A DNA stretch of 64,000 nt from an uncultured Bacilli bacterium (GCA_947628235.1 CANQZC010000001.1:14435-78434); one strand, 5' to 3'. Shown: positions 39,472 through 49,468, counted from the stretch's first letter. Notes: a model not told the origin generated them from the letters alone. Translations and numbers: made by a program.

Positions 39472-40359
39472 TTATTCTTCAAAATCATGAAATCCATATT
39501 CTTCTAAATACTTCTCTTTATCACGCCAATCTTTGACCGTTTTTACACGGAGTTCTAGATAGACATTTTTCTTTAATAATTCTTCTAACTCTTTGCGAGA
39601 ACGAATTCCAATCTCTTTGATTTTGGTACCCTTCGCGCCAATAATAATCTTTTTTAGAGAATCTCTATCTACAATGATATCGATATAGATAGTATAACTA
39701 GTCTTTCCTACCTCTACGGCATTCGTAATACAAGTAAGCGAATGAGGAACTTCTTCTTCTGTCATATCCATGACTTTTTCCCTGACAATTTCTGCCATCA
39801 TAAATTCTAAAGAACGATTCGTTACTTCATTTTCTCCATAGTATCGAAAAGTATCGGGAAGATATCCCTTCAAGGTCGATAAAAGCTCCTGAATATTTTT
39901 CTTTTGGGAAGCAGAAACCGGAATAATCTCTTGAAAAGAAAAGACATCCTTATACTCTAAAATCTTCTTCATAATCTCTTCTTTGGTCAATTTATCAATT
40001 TTATTTAACACTAAAAAGACTGGTTTAGAAATGCCTTTTAATTTTTCTAAGACGAAAAGATCTCCTTTTCCGAATGGGACAGAAGCATCTACTAAGAAGA
40101 GAATCACATCTGCATCCTCGATACTATAGTATGCCTGTTTATTTAAAACTTCTCCTAATTTATGATTTGGTTTATGAATTCCAGGTGTATCTAAAAAGAC
40201 AATCTGGGTATCTTCATCATTATAGATTCCTTGAATAATATTTCTAGTTGTCTGTGGTTTAGAAGTAGTAATCGCTACTTTCTTTCCTACCATACTATTG
40301 ATGAGAGTACTTTTCCCAACATTCGGTCTTCCAATTAAACTAACAAATCCACTACGCAT
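39472..40359 (-). CDS. era: GTPase Era
   Basis: G1 GRPNVGKST, G3 DTPG, G4 NKID and a C-terminal KH domain. Confidence 0.9.
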   Translation of the reverse strand: MRSGFVSLIGRPNVGKSTLINSMVGKKVAITTSKPQTTRNIIQGIYNDEDTQIVFLDTPGIHKPNHKLGEVLNKQAYYSIEDADVILFLVDASVPFGKGDLFVLEKLKGISKPVFLVLNKIDKLTKEEIMKKILEYKDVFSFQEIIPVSASQKKNIQELLSTLKGYLPDTFRYYGENEVTNRSLEFMMAEIVREKVMDMTEEEVPHSLTCITNAVEVGKTSYTIYIDIIVDRDSLKKIIIGAKGTKIKEIGIRSRKELEELLKKNVYLELRVKTVKDWRDKEKYLEEYGFHDFEE

Positions 40360-40745
40360 TATTCTAAATCCTCTTTAGAAAATGGATAAGGGCAAAGTTC
40401 CGCTACAGTATGAATTTCTTCCTCGCCTTTTGGATTCATACAAACCACTTTACGATCTGGCTCAAAGAACTCTGTAATGACCATTCGACAGATAAAACAT
40501 GGCATACCAATTTTATCATTATCACACATCACATAAAGAGTATCAAAGTCATTAGGACGATATCCTTTCGATACGGCACTTAAAATCGCACTTCTCTCCG
40601 CACAGATAGTAGCGCCATAAGAAGCATTCTCCACATTGACCCCTTCAAAAGAGGTTCCATCTTTCATTACCACAATCGCTGCTACCCGAAAGTGAGAATA
40701 TGGACTATAACTATTTTCTAATAATTGTACTAATCTTTCCTTCAT
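40359..40745 (-). CDS. cdd: cytidine deaminase
   Basis: CAERSA ... PCFICR zinc motif. Confidence 0.85.
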   Translation of the reverse strand: MKERLVQLLENSYSPYSHFRVAAIVVMKDGTSFEGVNVENASYGATICAERSAILSAVSKGYRPNDFDTLYVMCDNDKIGMPCFICRMVITEFFEPDRKVVCMNPKGEEEIHTVAELCPYPFSKEDLE

Positions 40746-40752
40746 AATTCAC

Positions 40753-41169
40753 CTACCACAATTTTTGTACTAATTCTACGATTTTAGGGACATACATAGC
40801 TAGTCCTAAAAAGAATCCTAATAAAGAAAGAACAAAAGTAGCCGCACTTCCACAATCTTTTGCCACTTTCACTAAAGGATGATATTCTGGACTGACTAAG
40901 TCACAAACCGCTTCTATCGCTGTATTAATTAATTCTGTCGAAAGAATAGATACCAAAAGCACAATGATAACTAACCATTCCATCGGACTCATATGTAACA
41001 TCCATGCTCCTAGAATACCTAAAACAGCGCATATTAAATGTACTAAAGCACTTCTCTCATAGCGGTAAAAGTAAACGAGTCCTTCTATCGAGTACTTCAT
41101 TACCTGCATCATACTTTTCCAACCTAAATCTTTTTTTTTCTTTTTATTCCCGTCTGATTCCAAACCCAT
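40753..41169 (-). CDS. dgkA: diacylglycerol/undecaprenol kinase
   Basis: Small 3-TM protein positioned between ybeY and cdd. Confidence 0.65.
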   Translation of the reverse strand: MGLESDGNKKKKKDLGWKSMMQVMKYSIEGLVYFYRYERSALVHLICAVLGILGAWMLHMSPMEWLVIIVLLVSILSTELINTAIEAVCDLVSPEYHPLVKVAKDCGSAATFVLSLLGFFLGLAMYVPKIVELVQKLW

Positions 41170-41653
41170 CTAAAATCAACTCCTGCAATCCAAACATCTT
41201 TTCTTCGTCTTCTTTCGTCATATGATCATATCCTAAAAGATGAAGAAGCCCATGTATTGTTAAAAAAGAAACTTCTCTTTGAAGACTATGTCCATAAGAA
41301 ACAGCTTGTTCTTTCGCCTTCTCATAACAAATATAGATATCTCCTAATACTCTTACTTCCGTTTTGACAAAAGTATCATCATCTTCTAACGCGAAAGAGA
41401 TGACATCCGTTTCTCTATCGACTCCTCGATATTCTTTGTTGATTCTATGAATCTCTTCTCTCGTTACAAAAATAATATTGAATAAAACATTTTGTAAATG
41501 AAGGTAAGATAAGGCATATTCTAAAAGTTTGGGAAGGTCTTCTGCTTCTTTGACTTCTTCTTCCGCATTGTTAATAATTTCATAAGAATTCAAGTTATCG
41601 TCTCCCTCTTTCATAACTACTCTTATTATATCTAAATATTTCCTATTTGACAA
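41144..41653 (-). CDS. ybeY: rRNA maturation RNase YbeY
   Basis: Motif HGLLHLLGYDH. Confidence 0.85.
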   Translation of the reverse strand: MSNRKYLDIIRVVMKEGDDNLNSYEIINNAEEEVKEAEDLPKLLEYALSYLHLQNVLFNIIFVTREEIHRINKEYRGVDRETDVISFALEDDDTFVKTEVRVLGDIYICYEKAKEQAVSYGHSLQREVSFLTIHGLLHLLGYDHMTKEDEEKMFGLQELILDGFGIRRE

Positions 41654-41666
41654 GGAAAAGAAGAGG

Positions 41667-42227
41667 TTATTCCTCTCCCTTCTTCTTCGTAAATAAAGTA
41701 CCTAAATAGGCAAAAATCCGGTAGAGAACATATCCTATCAATCCCCCTACTAAATTTAAAATCACATCATCGACATCAAAAACTCTTCCTATCTGAGACT
41801 GAGTAAACTCTATCGTAAGAGATAGAACTAATGTCAAAAAGAGATTGACAAAAATATTCTTCTCTTTTAAGAAATAAGAAGTAAAGAATCCATACGGAAC
41901 AAACATTAACATATTTCCTAACACATTTTTAATAAATAAACGACTTCCAAAAGTATAACGAAACATCTCTTGAAAAGGAGTAAAATTCGCCGTTCCAAAG
42001 GTTCCATCAATATCTTGGAATGTTACCGCATAGAAAAGACAGATAATATAGACGATAAAAGAAAGAGAGAGTAACTCTTGGAAAAAATGAAACTTCTTTC
42101 GATATTTTAATAAATAGACCACTCTTAAAGTAACCGCAATCACAGAAGAAATGATTACTGTCGGTAAGGTTCCCGAAAGAATATTAAGAAATGTTTTGCC
42201 CATCTTTTTCCTCCCTAGATGGCTCAA
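41667..42227 (-). CDS. VanZ-family membrane protein
   Basis: 4-TM protein with a VanZ-like TIEFTQ ... DVDDVILNLVGGLIG pattern. Confidence 0.5.
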   Translation of the reverse strand: MSHLGRKKMGKTFLNILSGTLPTVIISSVIAVTLRVVYLLKYRKKFHFFQELLSLSFIVYIICLFYAVTFQDIDGTFGTANFTPFQEMFRYTFGSRLFIKNVLGNMLMFVPYGFFTSYFLKEKNIFVNLFLTLVLSLTIEFTQSQIGRVFDVDDVILNLVGGLIGYVLYRIFAYLGTLFTKKKGEE

Positions 42228-43383
42228 TCTCTAAATAGTCTGTAATCTCTTCATAGACACTAAAGAAAATCTTAAGACGAACGCCATCTTTCTCTATCTT
42301 TTTTTGAATGATTTGATAGTCTAGAATCTTTTCTTCCCCTTCTAGTGTGCCTTCTATTTTAGTAATCGCTAAAGAAATGGCTGCTGATGCCGTTTCCTCC
42401 TCGGTTTGAATATACGAAGTAATTTCTACTTCTTTTTGATTTAGTTCAAGAAAGCGGAAAGGGATTCCTCTTTTTTCTAGAATTACTTTTCTAGTTTCTA
42501 TTTTATCATAAAAAGGATGAAAATTGAAGAGTTCAATGCGATGGGATAAAAACTCAAAAGCATAAACTTTCTTTTTCCTACCTGTTTGTTTCTTTTCATA
42601 GTATCCAAAAGGATAAAAAATATCTACCTCATACCAAGTTTCCCCATAAGCATGTCCTGTCGCACTGACCGTATTTTCAATCTGATCATTTAAAAAGAGA
42701 TACCCACTAACAATAATGTCCCCTTTTTTTACATATTCATTCAAAGTTTTCATAACCTGTCCCTTAGAACTTTCTACTTTTTTTAAGATAGCATTTTTAG
42801 AAGCAATCAAGTGTCTAGGAACAGTAGAATCCTCTTTCGTCTCTTCAATTCGCGGTTCAAAACGAACGCGATAAGTCGTTCCTATCGTCTCAATTTCTAT
42901 CCATTCTAAAGTATCTTTGTGTGTATTTAAAATCTCTTCTTTAATCTTTTCTAAGGTATCATAATTCTTTTTCCACTTCCCTTTCGTAATACCATAAGAT
43001 TTTAATTCCTCTAAAAGTTCTATTCTCATCTTTTCATCATTAGTAATAATTTCAATATGAAAGATTAGATGAGAAAAGAAAAATAAGAAAAGAAGTCCTA
43101 AAAGAAGAAAGAAAAAAAGAAAACGATTCTTCCAAAACAGTTTCTTTTGTTTTAAAAATCCACCATATTCTACTAGATGGATATCATAGATGGTATTTTG
43201 TTTTTGAACGAATTCATAGTCCTTAAAATAGATGATGATAAAAACTTCTTCTTTACTTTTCTTTTGAACTTCTAAAATCGGAATATGGGCGTGATGAAGG
43301 CGAAGAAGAAAGCGAGAAACATTCTTTCCTCGAATTAAAAGTTTTACTTTACTCTTCCATGCTTCGATACTTTCATTTTTCAT
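42184..43383 (-). CDS. yqfD: sporulation protein YqfD
   Basis: ~400 aa with a central TM segment, located immediately after the yqfC-like gene. Confidence 0.65.
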   Translation of the reverse strand: MKNESIEAWKSKVKLLIRGKNVSRFLLRLHHAHIPILEVQKKSKEEVFIIIYFKDYEFVQKQNTIYDIHLVEYGGFLKQKKLFWKNRFLFFFLLLGLLFLFFFSHLIFHIEIITNDEKMRIELLEELKSYGITKGKWKKNYDTLEKIKEEILNTHKDTLEWIEIETIGTTYRVRFEPRIEETKEDSTVPRHLIASKNAILKKVESSKGQVMKTLNEYVKKGDIIVSGYLFLNDQIENTVSATGHAYGETWYEVDIFYPFGYYEKKQTGRKKKVYAFEFLSHRIELFNFHPFYDKIETRKVILEKRGIPFRFLELNQKEVEITSYIQTEEETASAAISLAITKIEGTLEGEEKILDYQIIQKKIEKDGVRLKIFFSVYEEITDYLEIEPSREEKDGQNIS

Positions 43384-43386
43384 ATT

Positions 43387-43614
43387 TCACCTAAACTCTA
43401 TCTTTTCTACTTGACCGCGAATTAAAACTTCTTCTTCTAATAATTTACAGATTGATAAATCCTTCCCAGTAATGACTACCTCTCCTTCTTTCGAAGCAAT
43501 TTTGATTTTGGTTTCTTCAAAGGATTCAATCTCTTGATAATTCGTAATGTCTATTTGATTTGGAAGATAAATCATTTTAAAATCATCCTCCAAAAAGTAG
43601 GAACGAATAGACAT
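43387..43614 (-). CDS. yqfC: sporulation protein YqfC
   Basis: 75 aa; MSIRSYFLED...KIASKEGEVVITGKDL. Confidence 0.65.
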   Translation of the reverse strand: MSIRSYFLEDDFKMIYLPNQIDITNYQEIESFEETKIKIASKEGEVVITGKDLSICKLLEEEVLIRGQVEKIEFR

Positions 43615-43663
43615 AACATCACCTAGTTTATTGTATTTAAAAAAAAGAAAAAAAGACTAAAAA

Positions 43664-44014
43664 CTAGTCTTTTGGATGAAACACCAGCGCAAAGGTAAAA
43701 GAAAAGATAATAGCCGCAACAATTCCTGAGGAAGTAAGGTCAAACATTCCAGTAAAAAGACCCATTACACCAAAGTTTTCTACCGTATCCATCGCTCCAT
43801 GAATTAAAAGATGTCCAAAACTAGTAATCGGTACTAAAGCACCTCCCCCTGCCCATAATACAAAAGTATCATAGATATCAAAGACATCTAAAAAAGCTCC
43901 TACCACGACAAAAATACTTGTGATATGTCCTGGCGTTAACTTCGTATTATCTAGAAGAATTTGTCCTAGAAGACAAACCGTTCCCGCAAATAGAAAAGCA
44001 TTAAGATAAATCAT
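43664..44014 (-). CDS. spoVAEb: stage V sporulation protein AEb
   Basis: Small polytopic protein following spoVAD. Confidence 0.7.
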   Translation of the reverse strand: MIYLNAFLFAGTVCLLGQILLDNTKLTPGHITSIFVVVGAFLDVFDIYDTFVLWAGGGALVPITSFGHLLIHGAMDTVENFGVMGLFTGMFDLTSSGIVAAIIFSFTFALVFHPKD

Positions 44015-44999
44015 CTTGAACCTCCAAACTAATCGCATGAGAAATACTTGGAATCGATAACTTTTGATTCGTCATCGTCGGTGATAAAAGCGCTCCAGTA
44101 GCGACCAATAAGACTTTTTTTATTTCTTTCTTACGCATCTTATCTAGCAGATAACTATAGACAACTAGAGGAAGACAAGCTGGTCCTGATCCTCCCGCAT
44201 AGACAGGTTGATTCTCTAAATCATAAATCATACAAGCAGAATCATCATAATTTTTTAAATCGATATGGTATTCTACTCGCATGTACTCTTTTAAAATCTT
44301 CTTTCCATAGATTCCTAAATCTCCTGTTAAAACTAAATCATAATAAGAAATATCTCGATTCATCTCTTCTAAATGTTGAAAGATGGTAGATGCCGCAGAA
44401 GGCGCCATTGCTGCTCCCATATGATAAGGATCTTTGATCCCTAAATCGACTACTTTTCCAATCGTCGCACTTTCTATTTTAATAGGAGATTGTTCCCTAC
44501 TTAAATAAGCACTAGCGGCGCCTGTTACTGTAAAAGTAGCTGTTTTTCGTTTTGGTCCTCCATACTCTACAGGTTGACGAAATTGTTTTTCACTTCCATT
44601 ATTATGAGAAGAAACACTAACAACACAATTTTTAATTTGATCAGAATCAATCATATTACTTCCTAGAATAAGTCCTAAAACACTCGTAGAACAAGCGGAA
44701 TAGATACCAATTAACGGAATTCCTAATGTCTTAGAGGCATAGTTTGTAGAAACAATTTGATTGAGTAAATCCCCTGAAATATGAAGATCAATTTCATCTT
44801 TGATTTTTTTCTTTTTCGCTAATAAAATATCGACACTTTCAACTAACATTTTACTTTCTGCTTGTTCCCAGGTTTTGGTTCCACAATAAAAATTATCATA
44901 ACTTTTATCATAGAGTTTATTGAATGGTCCTTTTGCTTCATAAGGGCCCGTAATGGTACTAGTCGCATTTAAATAGACTTGATTATATTTAAAGGTCAT
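44001..44999 (-). CDS. spoVAD: stage V sporulation protein AD
   Basis: Thiolase-like fold, 332 aa, sitting between spoVAC and spoVAEb. Confidence 0.8.
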   Translation of the reverse strand: MTFKYNQVYLNATSTITGPYEAKGPFNKLYDKSYDNFYCGTKTWEQAESKMLVESVDILLAKKKKIKDEIDLHISGDLLNQIVSTNYASKTLGIPLIGIYSACSTSVLGLILGSNMIDSDQIKNCVVSVSSHNNGSEKQFRQPVEYGGPKRKTATFTVTGAASAYLSREQSPIKIESATIGKVVDLGIKDPYHMGAAMAPSAASTIFQHLEEMNRDISYYDLVLTGDLGIYGKKILKEYMRVEYHIDLKNYDDSACMIYDLENQPVYAGGSGPACLPLVVYSYLLDKMRKKEIKKVLLVATGALLSPTMTNQKLSIPSISHAISLEVQDDLS

Positions 45000-45000
45000 C

Positions 45001-45441
45001 TTATCCCCCCATCACAAAATAACGTAAGAGTCCAAAGAAATAAGCACTTACGACGCCAAACATAATAACTGTTCCCGCTAATTTAAAAATATTCGCGCCA
45101 ATTCCTGTTACTAATCCTTCTTTTCGATATTCTAACGCTGCACTCATCATCGAATGAGCAAACCCTGTAATCGGAATAATAAGTCCACAACGCGCAAAAG
45201 AAACCATCTTATCAAAGAACCCTAATCCTGTTAAAAAGCATCCTAAAAAGACTAAGGTAATAATCATAAATACACTAGCGTCTTTCGTAGGAATACTAAA
45301 ATAAAAGGAATAAAAAGAAATTAAAAACTGTCCTAACACTCCCATCAACCCACCGATTAAAAAAGCCAGTAATCCATGATAAAGTCGATTCTCTTTCGGA
45401 GTATATTTTTGAACTAACATTTGATACTTATTTTTATCCAT
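45001..45441 (-). CDS. spoVAC: stage V sporulation protein AC
   Basis: 4-TM protein with GFAHSMMSAALEY. Confidence 0.8.
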   Translation of the reverse strand: MDKNKYQMLVQKYTPKENRLYHGLLAFLIGGLMGVLGQFLISFYSFYFSIPTKDASVFMIITLVFLGCFLTGLGFFDKMVSFARCGLIIPITGFAHSMMSAALEYRKEGLVTGIGANIFKLAGTVIMFGVVSAYFFGLLRYFVMGG

Positions 45442-45482
45442 AAAAAAACCTCCTATTCCTAGTATGGAATAGAAGATTCTTT

Positions 45483-46808
45483 TTATTCATAAAGTGATTT
45501 ACAATACTCTATATTTTCATCATAGAGTGGTGTACCTTCCTCTAATAAATTGTAATCCCATTGATTTGTTGTAGCATTATAAGACATCATAACATAAGTA
45601 CCTGCTGCTTTTCCAGATGCTAAATCGATATCTTTTCTATTTAGATAACCATCTTGATAAAGTTGATCAATAGAAACACAAGTCTGTGTTACTTTTGCCC
45701 CTTGAACAACTTCAGAAGCAATACTTGAAAAGACTGTCTTTAACTCATCGGCAGAGAAATCATTTACATAAGCAGCGGTTGGATAATAACTGTATTCTCC
45801 TTCTTTAATAAAGTATTGACTTAAAGCAGTATCAATATAATGAGTAGAATCTTTAACTGCTTGTAATCTCTCCTCGGATGGATCTAGCATGAAGGCTGCA
45901 TATTTTGTAGTAATTCCTAAACCAATCGTATAGAAGAATGGTGGTTGATGGAACTCTTGTTGTAATAGATATTTTTCATTCATAGCTTGTTGAATCGTGT
46001 ACCAAACAGCCTCAACTCTACCATCAACTTTCTCATCTACATTAGGTTTTCCAGCAATAGTACTACTACTATGGCGATTATCTTTTACATCTTGATATGT
46101 ACTAGCATCATAAGCAGTAGAATAATAGTAAGATTCACCATCTGTTAAGAAGATAAGAACAGGAATTGTACTAGCCTTTTTAGCATCTAATAATAAGTCA
46201 ACTCCTTTGGCCATTCCACCTTGTGCGAAAGTACCACTTTCCATCTTAATCGTTTTACCATTAATTTCAAAATATTCCGGTTTATAACAGTCAGCACCTT
46301 CTCCTTTTTCAGGATGTCTCAAACAGTTATGTTCATCCCAAGCATCATCAAAAACATTAAAATGCATATCTGTATCTGGATAAACCGTTTGAAGTGGAAT
46401 AAAATCGGTTACCTTACTTGCATAGAAAACAAATCCGATACTTACATTTCCTGTACTAGATGCTTTAAAAACATCAATAGCGCCATTTAAGGCATCTGCC
46501 GCTGCTTTATATCTTTCTGTCTTACTACCTTTAACATATTCTGTCATAGAAGTAGAAACATCGACTACAAAGACAATATCCAAATTGACGGCACCTACTT
46601 TGGCTTCTTGATCATCAAACGCATCGGAATTATTTACTGCCCATTTTTCAGCCGCATTTAAAATACTTTTTTGTTGTGTTTCAGTAATTTCCTTTTTCGC
46701 CGTCTCTACATTTTTAACCATTAATCTTGCTACTAAAAGCGCTAATAAACCTAAGATAACTAATACACACATTAGTTCTACTAAGGTAAATCCTTTTTTC
46801 TTTTTCAT
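45483..46808 (-). CDS. type IV prepilin-like protein with von Willebrand factor A (MIDAS) domain
   Basis: Class III signal KKG|FTLVELMCVLVILGLLA. The vWA domain has MIDAS motif DVSTSM. Confidence 0.65.
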   Translation of the reverse strand: MKKKKGFTLVELMCVLVILGLLALLVARLMVKNVETAKKEITETQQKSILNAAEKWAVNNSDAFDDQEAKVGAVNLDIVFVVDVSTSMTEYVKGSKTERYKAAADALNGAIDVFKASSTGNVSIGFVFYASKVTDFIPLQTVYPDTDMHFNVFDDAWDEHNCLRHPEKGEGADCYKPEYFEINGKTIKMESGTFAQGGMAKGVDLLLDAKKASTIPVLIFLTDGESYYYSTAYDASTYQDVKDNRHSSSTIAGKPNVDEKVDGRVEAVWYTIQQAMNEKYLLQQEFHQPPFFYTIGLGITTKYAAFMLDPSEERLQAVKDSTHYIDTALSQYFIKEGEYSYYPTAAYVNDFSADELKTVFSSIASEVVQGAKVTQTCVSIDQLYQDGYLNRKDIDLASGKAAGTYVMMSYNATTNQWDYNLLEEGTPLYDENIEYCKSLYE

Positions 46809-46809
46809 A

Positions 46810-47289
46810 TTACACCTCAATCTCTATTTTTTTGTGATGTTTTTCATATTGTTCATAACGAATACCAGCCATATCTAATAACTTCTTAGAAGCAATTACG
46901 CCATCGGTATCTGCATATTTATCACTATCATAGACAACTCTTTTAATTCCTGATTGAATAATTAATTTCGTACATTCATTACAAGGAAATAAAGTTACAT
47001 AAATCGTCGCTCCGCGAAGATCTCTTCCACCACTATTCATAATAGCATTTAATTCTCCGTGACAAACATATAAATATTTGGTTTCTAAAGGGTTTCCTTC
47101 TCTAGCCCAAGGAAAATCTTTATCATCAATTCCATTAGGAGTTCCATTATACCCAATGGAAATAATTCGATTATCTTTATCTACAATACAAGCCCCTACT
47201 TGTGTAGAAGGGTCTTTACTTCTCTCTTTAGATAAATGAGCAATTCCCATAAAATACTCATCCCAAGTAATATAATCTTCTCGTTTCAC
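46810..47289 (-). CDS. comEB: dCMP deaminase (ComEB-like)
   Basis: Motifs HGELNAI ... PCNECTKLI. Confidence 0.85.
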   Translation of the reverse strand: MKREDYITWDEYFMGIAHLSKERSKDPSTQVGACIVDKDNRIISIGYNGTPNGIDDKDFPWAREGNPLETKYLYVCHGELNAIMNSGGRDLRGATIYVTLFPCNECTKLIIQSGIKRVVYDSDKYADTDGVIASKKLLDMAGIRYEQYEKHHKKIEIEV

Positions 47290-47493
47290 CTTACCACCTC
47301 TATTATCATTATAGCATAGAAAAAAATTTTTCCAAAGAAATTTTCAAGAACTTTCCCTTTCTTAACAAAAAAATGTCTATTTTTCTTTGAAATAGACTTT
47401 ATTTCCTGAGAAAATTTTTAAAAATTTTTATTTTTAGGTTTCTTTTTTAACAGTTTTATGCTATACTCAATGAGTAAGTCATTTTGATGATTT

Positions 47494-47569
47494 GTCTCCT
47501 TAGCTCAGTTGGTAGAGCAACAGACTCTTAATCTGTGGGTCTAGGGTTCGAGCCCCTAAGGGGACACCA
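47494..47569 (+). tRNA. tRNA-Lys (anticodon CUU), CCA encoded
   Basis: Cloverleaf: acceptor GTCTCCT/AGGGGAC, anticodon loop cuCUUaa, T-arm GGTTCGAGCCC. Confidence 0.85.
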
Positions 47570-47577
47570 GATAGTAT

Positions 47578-47606
47578 AAAAAGCCTGAAATCAGGCTTTT
47601 TTTATT
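47578..47606. terminator. bidirectional terminator
   Basis: Hairpin AAGCCTGAaaTCAGGCTT followed by T7. Confidence 0.7.
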
Positions 47607-48246
47607 TTCTTGGATATCCATTTAATCCTTTTTCTTTCATAATTTTAGAATAGTTCTTATAAGCGTAGTCTTTATCACAATCTACTCCAGCGATAGGAGA
47701 AGATTTTCCTCCAGAAAATTGCCACATACCATAAGTTAATCCCGTAGGGCGAAATCTTTCCCAATAAGCAACCCATTTATCATAAGCTTGTAATCTTCTT
47801 AATTCCATTTCATGGAAGAACCAATTTAAAGAAGCATAAATAATCACATAATAATTTTTTTCTTCTAAGTATTCTGCAAATCCGATAATCGCATCAGTAA
47901 CCCTTTTCTTACCTGCTTTTCTTTGATAAATATTATCTTCTACATCGATTGCGATAGGATACTCAAAGGTCTTTCCTTTTAAACAATGTTCATATAAAAA
48001 CTTTGCTTCTTCCCTACCTTCTTCATAAGAAGTAGCCCTAGAATACCAATAAGTACCTACCTCTATTTTTTCCTCTTTAGCGCGTCGATAGTTCTCTTCA
48101 AAACGTGGGTCTATCGTTTTAGAAAATCCATTTCTACGATCGGTAAATCCAGCTCGAATCATCGCAAAAGTAACAGAATCTTTCTTTGCCTCTCGCCAAG
48201 AAAAATCGCCTTGAAAAGAAGAGACATCAATTCCAAATTTTTGCAT
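47602..48246 (-). CDS. GH25 lysozyme (muramidase) endolysin
   Basis: N-terminal MQKFGIDVSSFQG...FAMIRAG matches the GH25 signature. Confidence 0.75.
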   Translation of the reverse strand: MQKFGIDVSSFQGDFSWREAKKDSVTFAMIRAGFTDRRNGFSKTIDPRFEENYRRAKEEKIEVGTYWYSRATSYEEGREEAKFLYEHCLKGKTFEYPIAIDVEDNIYQRKAGKKRVTDAIIGFAEYLEEKNYYVIIYASLNWFFHEMELRRLQAYDKWVAYWERFRPTGLTYGMWQFSGGKSSPIAGVDCDKDYAYKNYSKIMKEKGLNGYPRK

Positions 48247-48389
48247 ATTACCTCCTTTCCTTATATGGTATTCCATCCGTAAGAAAAGGAAAGTTTTATC
48301 ACACAAACAACTTTTACCTCTCGAAAGATTTCTTGCTATTTCGATTAGATTATGATATATTGTCGTGCTTTTTTCTTATATTCAAAAAA

Positions 48390-48446
48390 GGCAAAATAAA
48401 AACCCTTTATTTTAAATGTTTTGTCACTAAAAGTGACCCGTACGAG
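48390..48446. repeat. copy 1 of ~57-nt multi-hairpin repeat
   Basis: GGCAAAATAAAAACCCTTTA...TGTCACTAAAAGTGACCCGTACGAG. Confidence 0.6.
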
Positions 48447-48505
48447 ATAAAGAATTATTATTAAATTTGTTTACTTAGTGAATCATTAGTGATTGAGCCA
48501 AGTTC

Positions 48506-48889
48506 TCAGTTGATAACATATTTATTATAGGCAGCTTTTGTCTTTTTATTTTCATACTTTTGATCTGGTATTGGGAACACCGTTTTTATCTTTAATTCAT
48601 TTGAATTTTCTACTTTAACACGAACAGTAATATTACTATTAATCTTTTTATAATACTCTAATGAATTATTCTTTTCGTTATATAAGAGAAAATCATACTC
48701 ATTTATAATATAATCTAGGTTTTTCATGATAAAAGCAAACTCTTTAGGATTGCTAAAATCACTATAATGCCTATTATAACAATGCTTTCTGTCATTTTCA
48801 TATATAACAATCTCTTTGCCAATTAGCTCTGGTCTTTTGCACTCACTAGCCATATCAGATGTCACTTTAGCAATTCGCTCTTTATTCAT
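48506..48889 (-). CDS. hypothetical phage protein
   Basis: 127 aa ORF. Confidence 0.45.
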   Translation of the reverse strand: MNKERIAKVTSDMASECKRPELIGKEIVIYENDRKHCYNRHYSDFSNPKEFAFIMKNLDYIINEYDFLLYNEKNNSLEYYKKINSNITVRVKVENSNELKIKTVFPIPDQKYENKKTKAAYNKYVIN

Positions 48890-48910
48890 TCAATTCACCT
48901 AGTTTCTTAC

Positions 48911-49060
48911 AAAAAAAATCCATACTCCGAAGAGTATGGAAGTTGAGATATTAGGCTAATGCACCACTCTAGCATCTCATCAGACTTTACATCCTACACT
49001 TAAGAAATTGGCTATAGCCAATTTCCGCGATAGTTAGTGACTTTCTACCTCTAATATCTC
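48911..49060 (-). ncRNA. candidate structured small RNA (10-bp closing helix + intrinsic terminator)
   Basis: GAGATATTAG (48945-48954) pairs with CTAATATCTC (49051-49060). On the minus strand a terminator TCCATACTCttcgGAGTATGGA followed by T8 lies at 48911-48940. The whole ~580 nt stretch has no ORF. Confidence 0.3.
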
Positions 49061-49277
49061 TTCAATAAAATAACAAGAAAATGAGAAGATATATGTCGAA
49101 TCTCTATTCTTGTAATTACAATTTATCACATAATTGGAGCTTTTGCAAATTTAAACTTATTTAACCAATACCTCCGTGACAAATTTCTGTATAGTATAGC
49201 AGTAAAAAAAGTTTATGTCAAGTCAAAAAAAGTATAATCATAAACATTATAAAAATAGAAATAATTATAAATTAAAA

Positions 49278-49335
49278 GGCAAAATAAAAACCCTTTAAAT
49301 AAAGGGTTTGTCACTAAATTGGTGACCCGTACGGG
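49278..49335. repeat. copy 2 of ~57-nt multi-hairpin repeat
   Basis: GGCAAAATAAAAACCCTTTAAATAAAGGGTTTGTCACTAAATTGGTGACCCGTACGGG, containing three consecutive palindromes. Confidence 0.6.
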
Positions 49336-49468
49336 AATGATTTGACAGAATTATTGCAGCACACTTATTCATTAATACCAATAAAAATAAGCAAAATTAT
49401 ACTATAAAATTTATTAAAAATTTATTACTTTTAGTTTTTTAGTACCTAAATAGTACCTAAAATTTAAT

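Noticed and set aside
48186-48464. 92-aa plus-strand ORF overlapping the GH25 lysozyme start and repeat copy 1
   Set aside because: No RBS, overlaps a confident minus-strand gene start and a structured repeat; likely spurious.
48990-49010. CUGAUGAG hammerhead-like octamer inside the candidate sRNA
   Set aside because: No GAAA after the putative helix II and no helix III or cleavage-site context. An 8-mer match is expected by chance in 128 kb of two-strand sequence.
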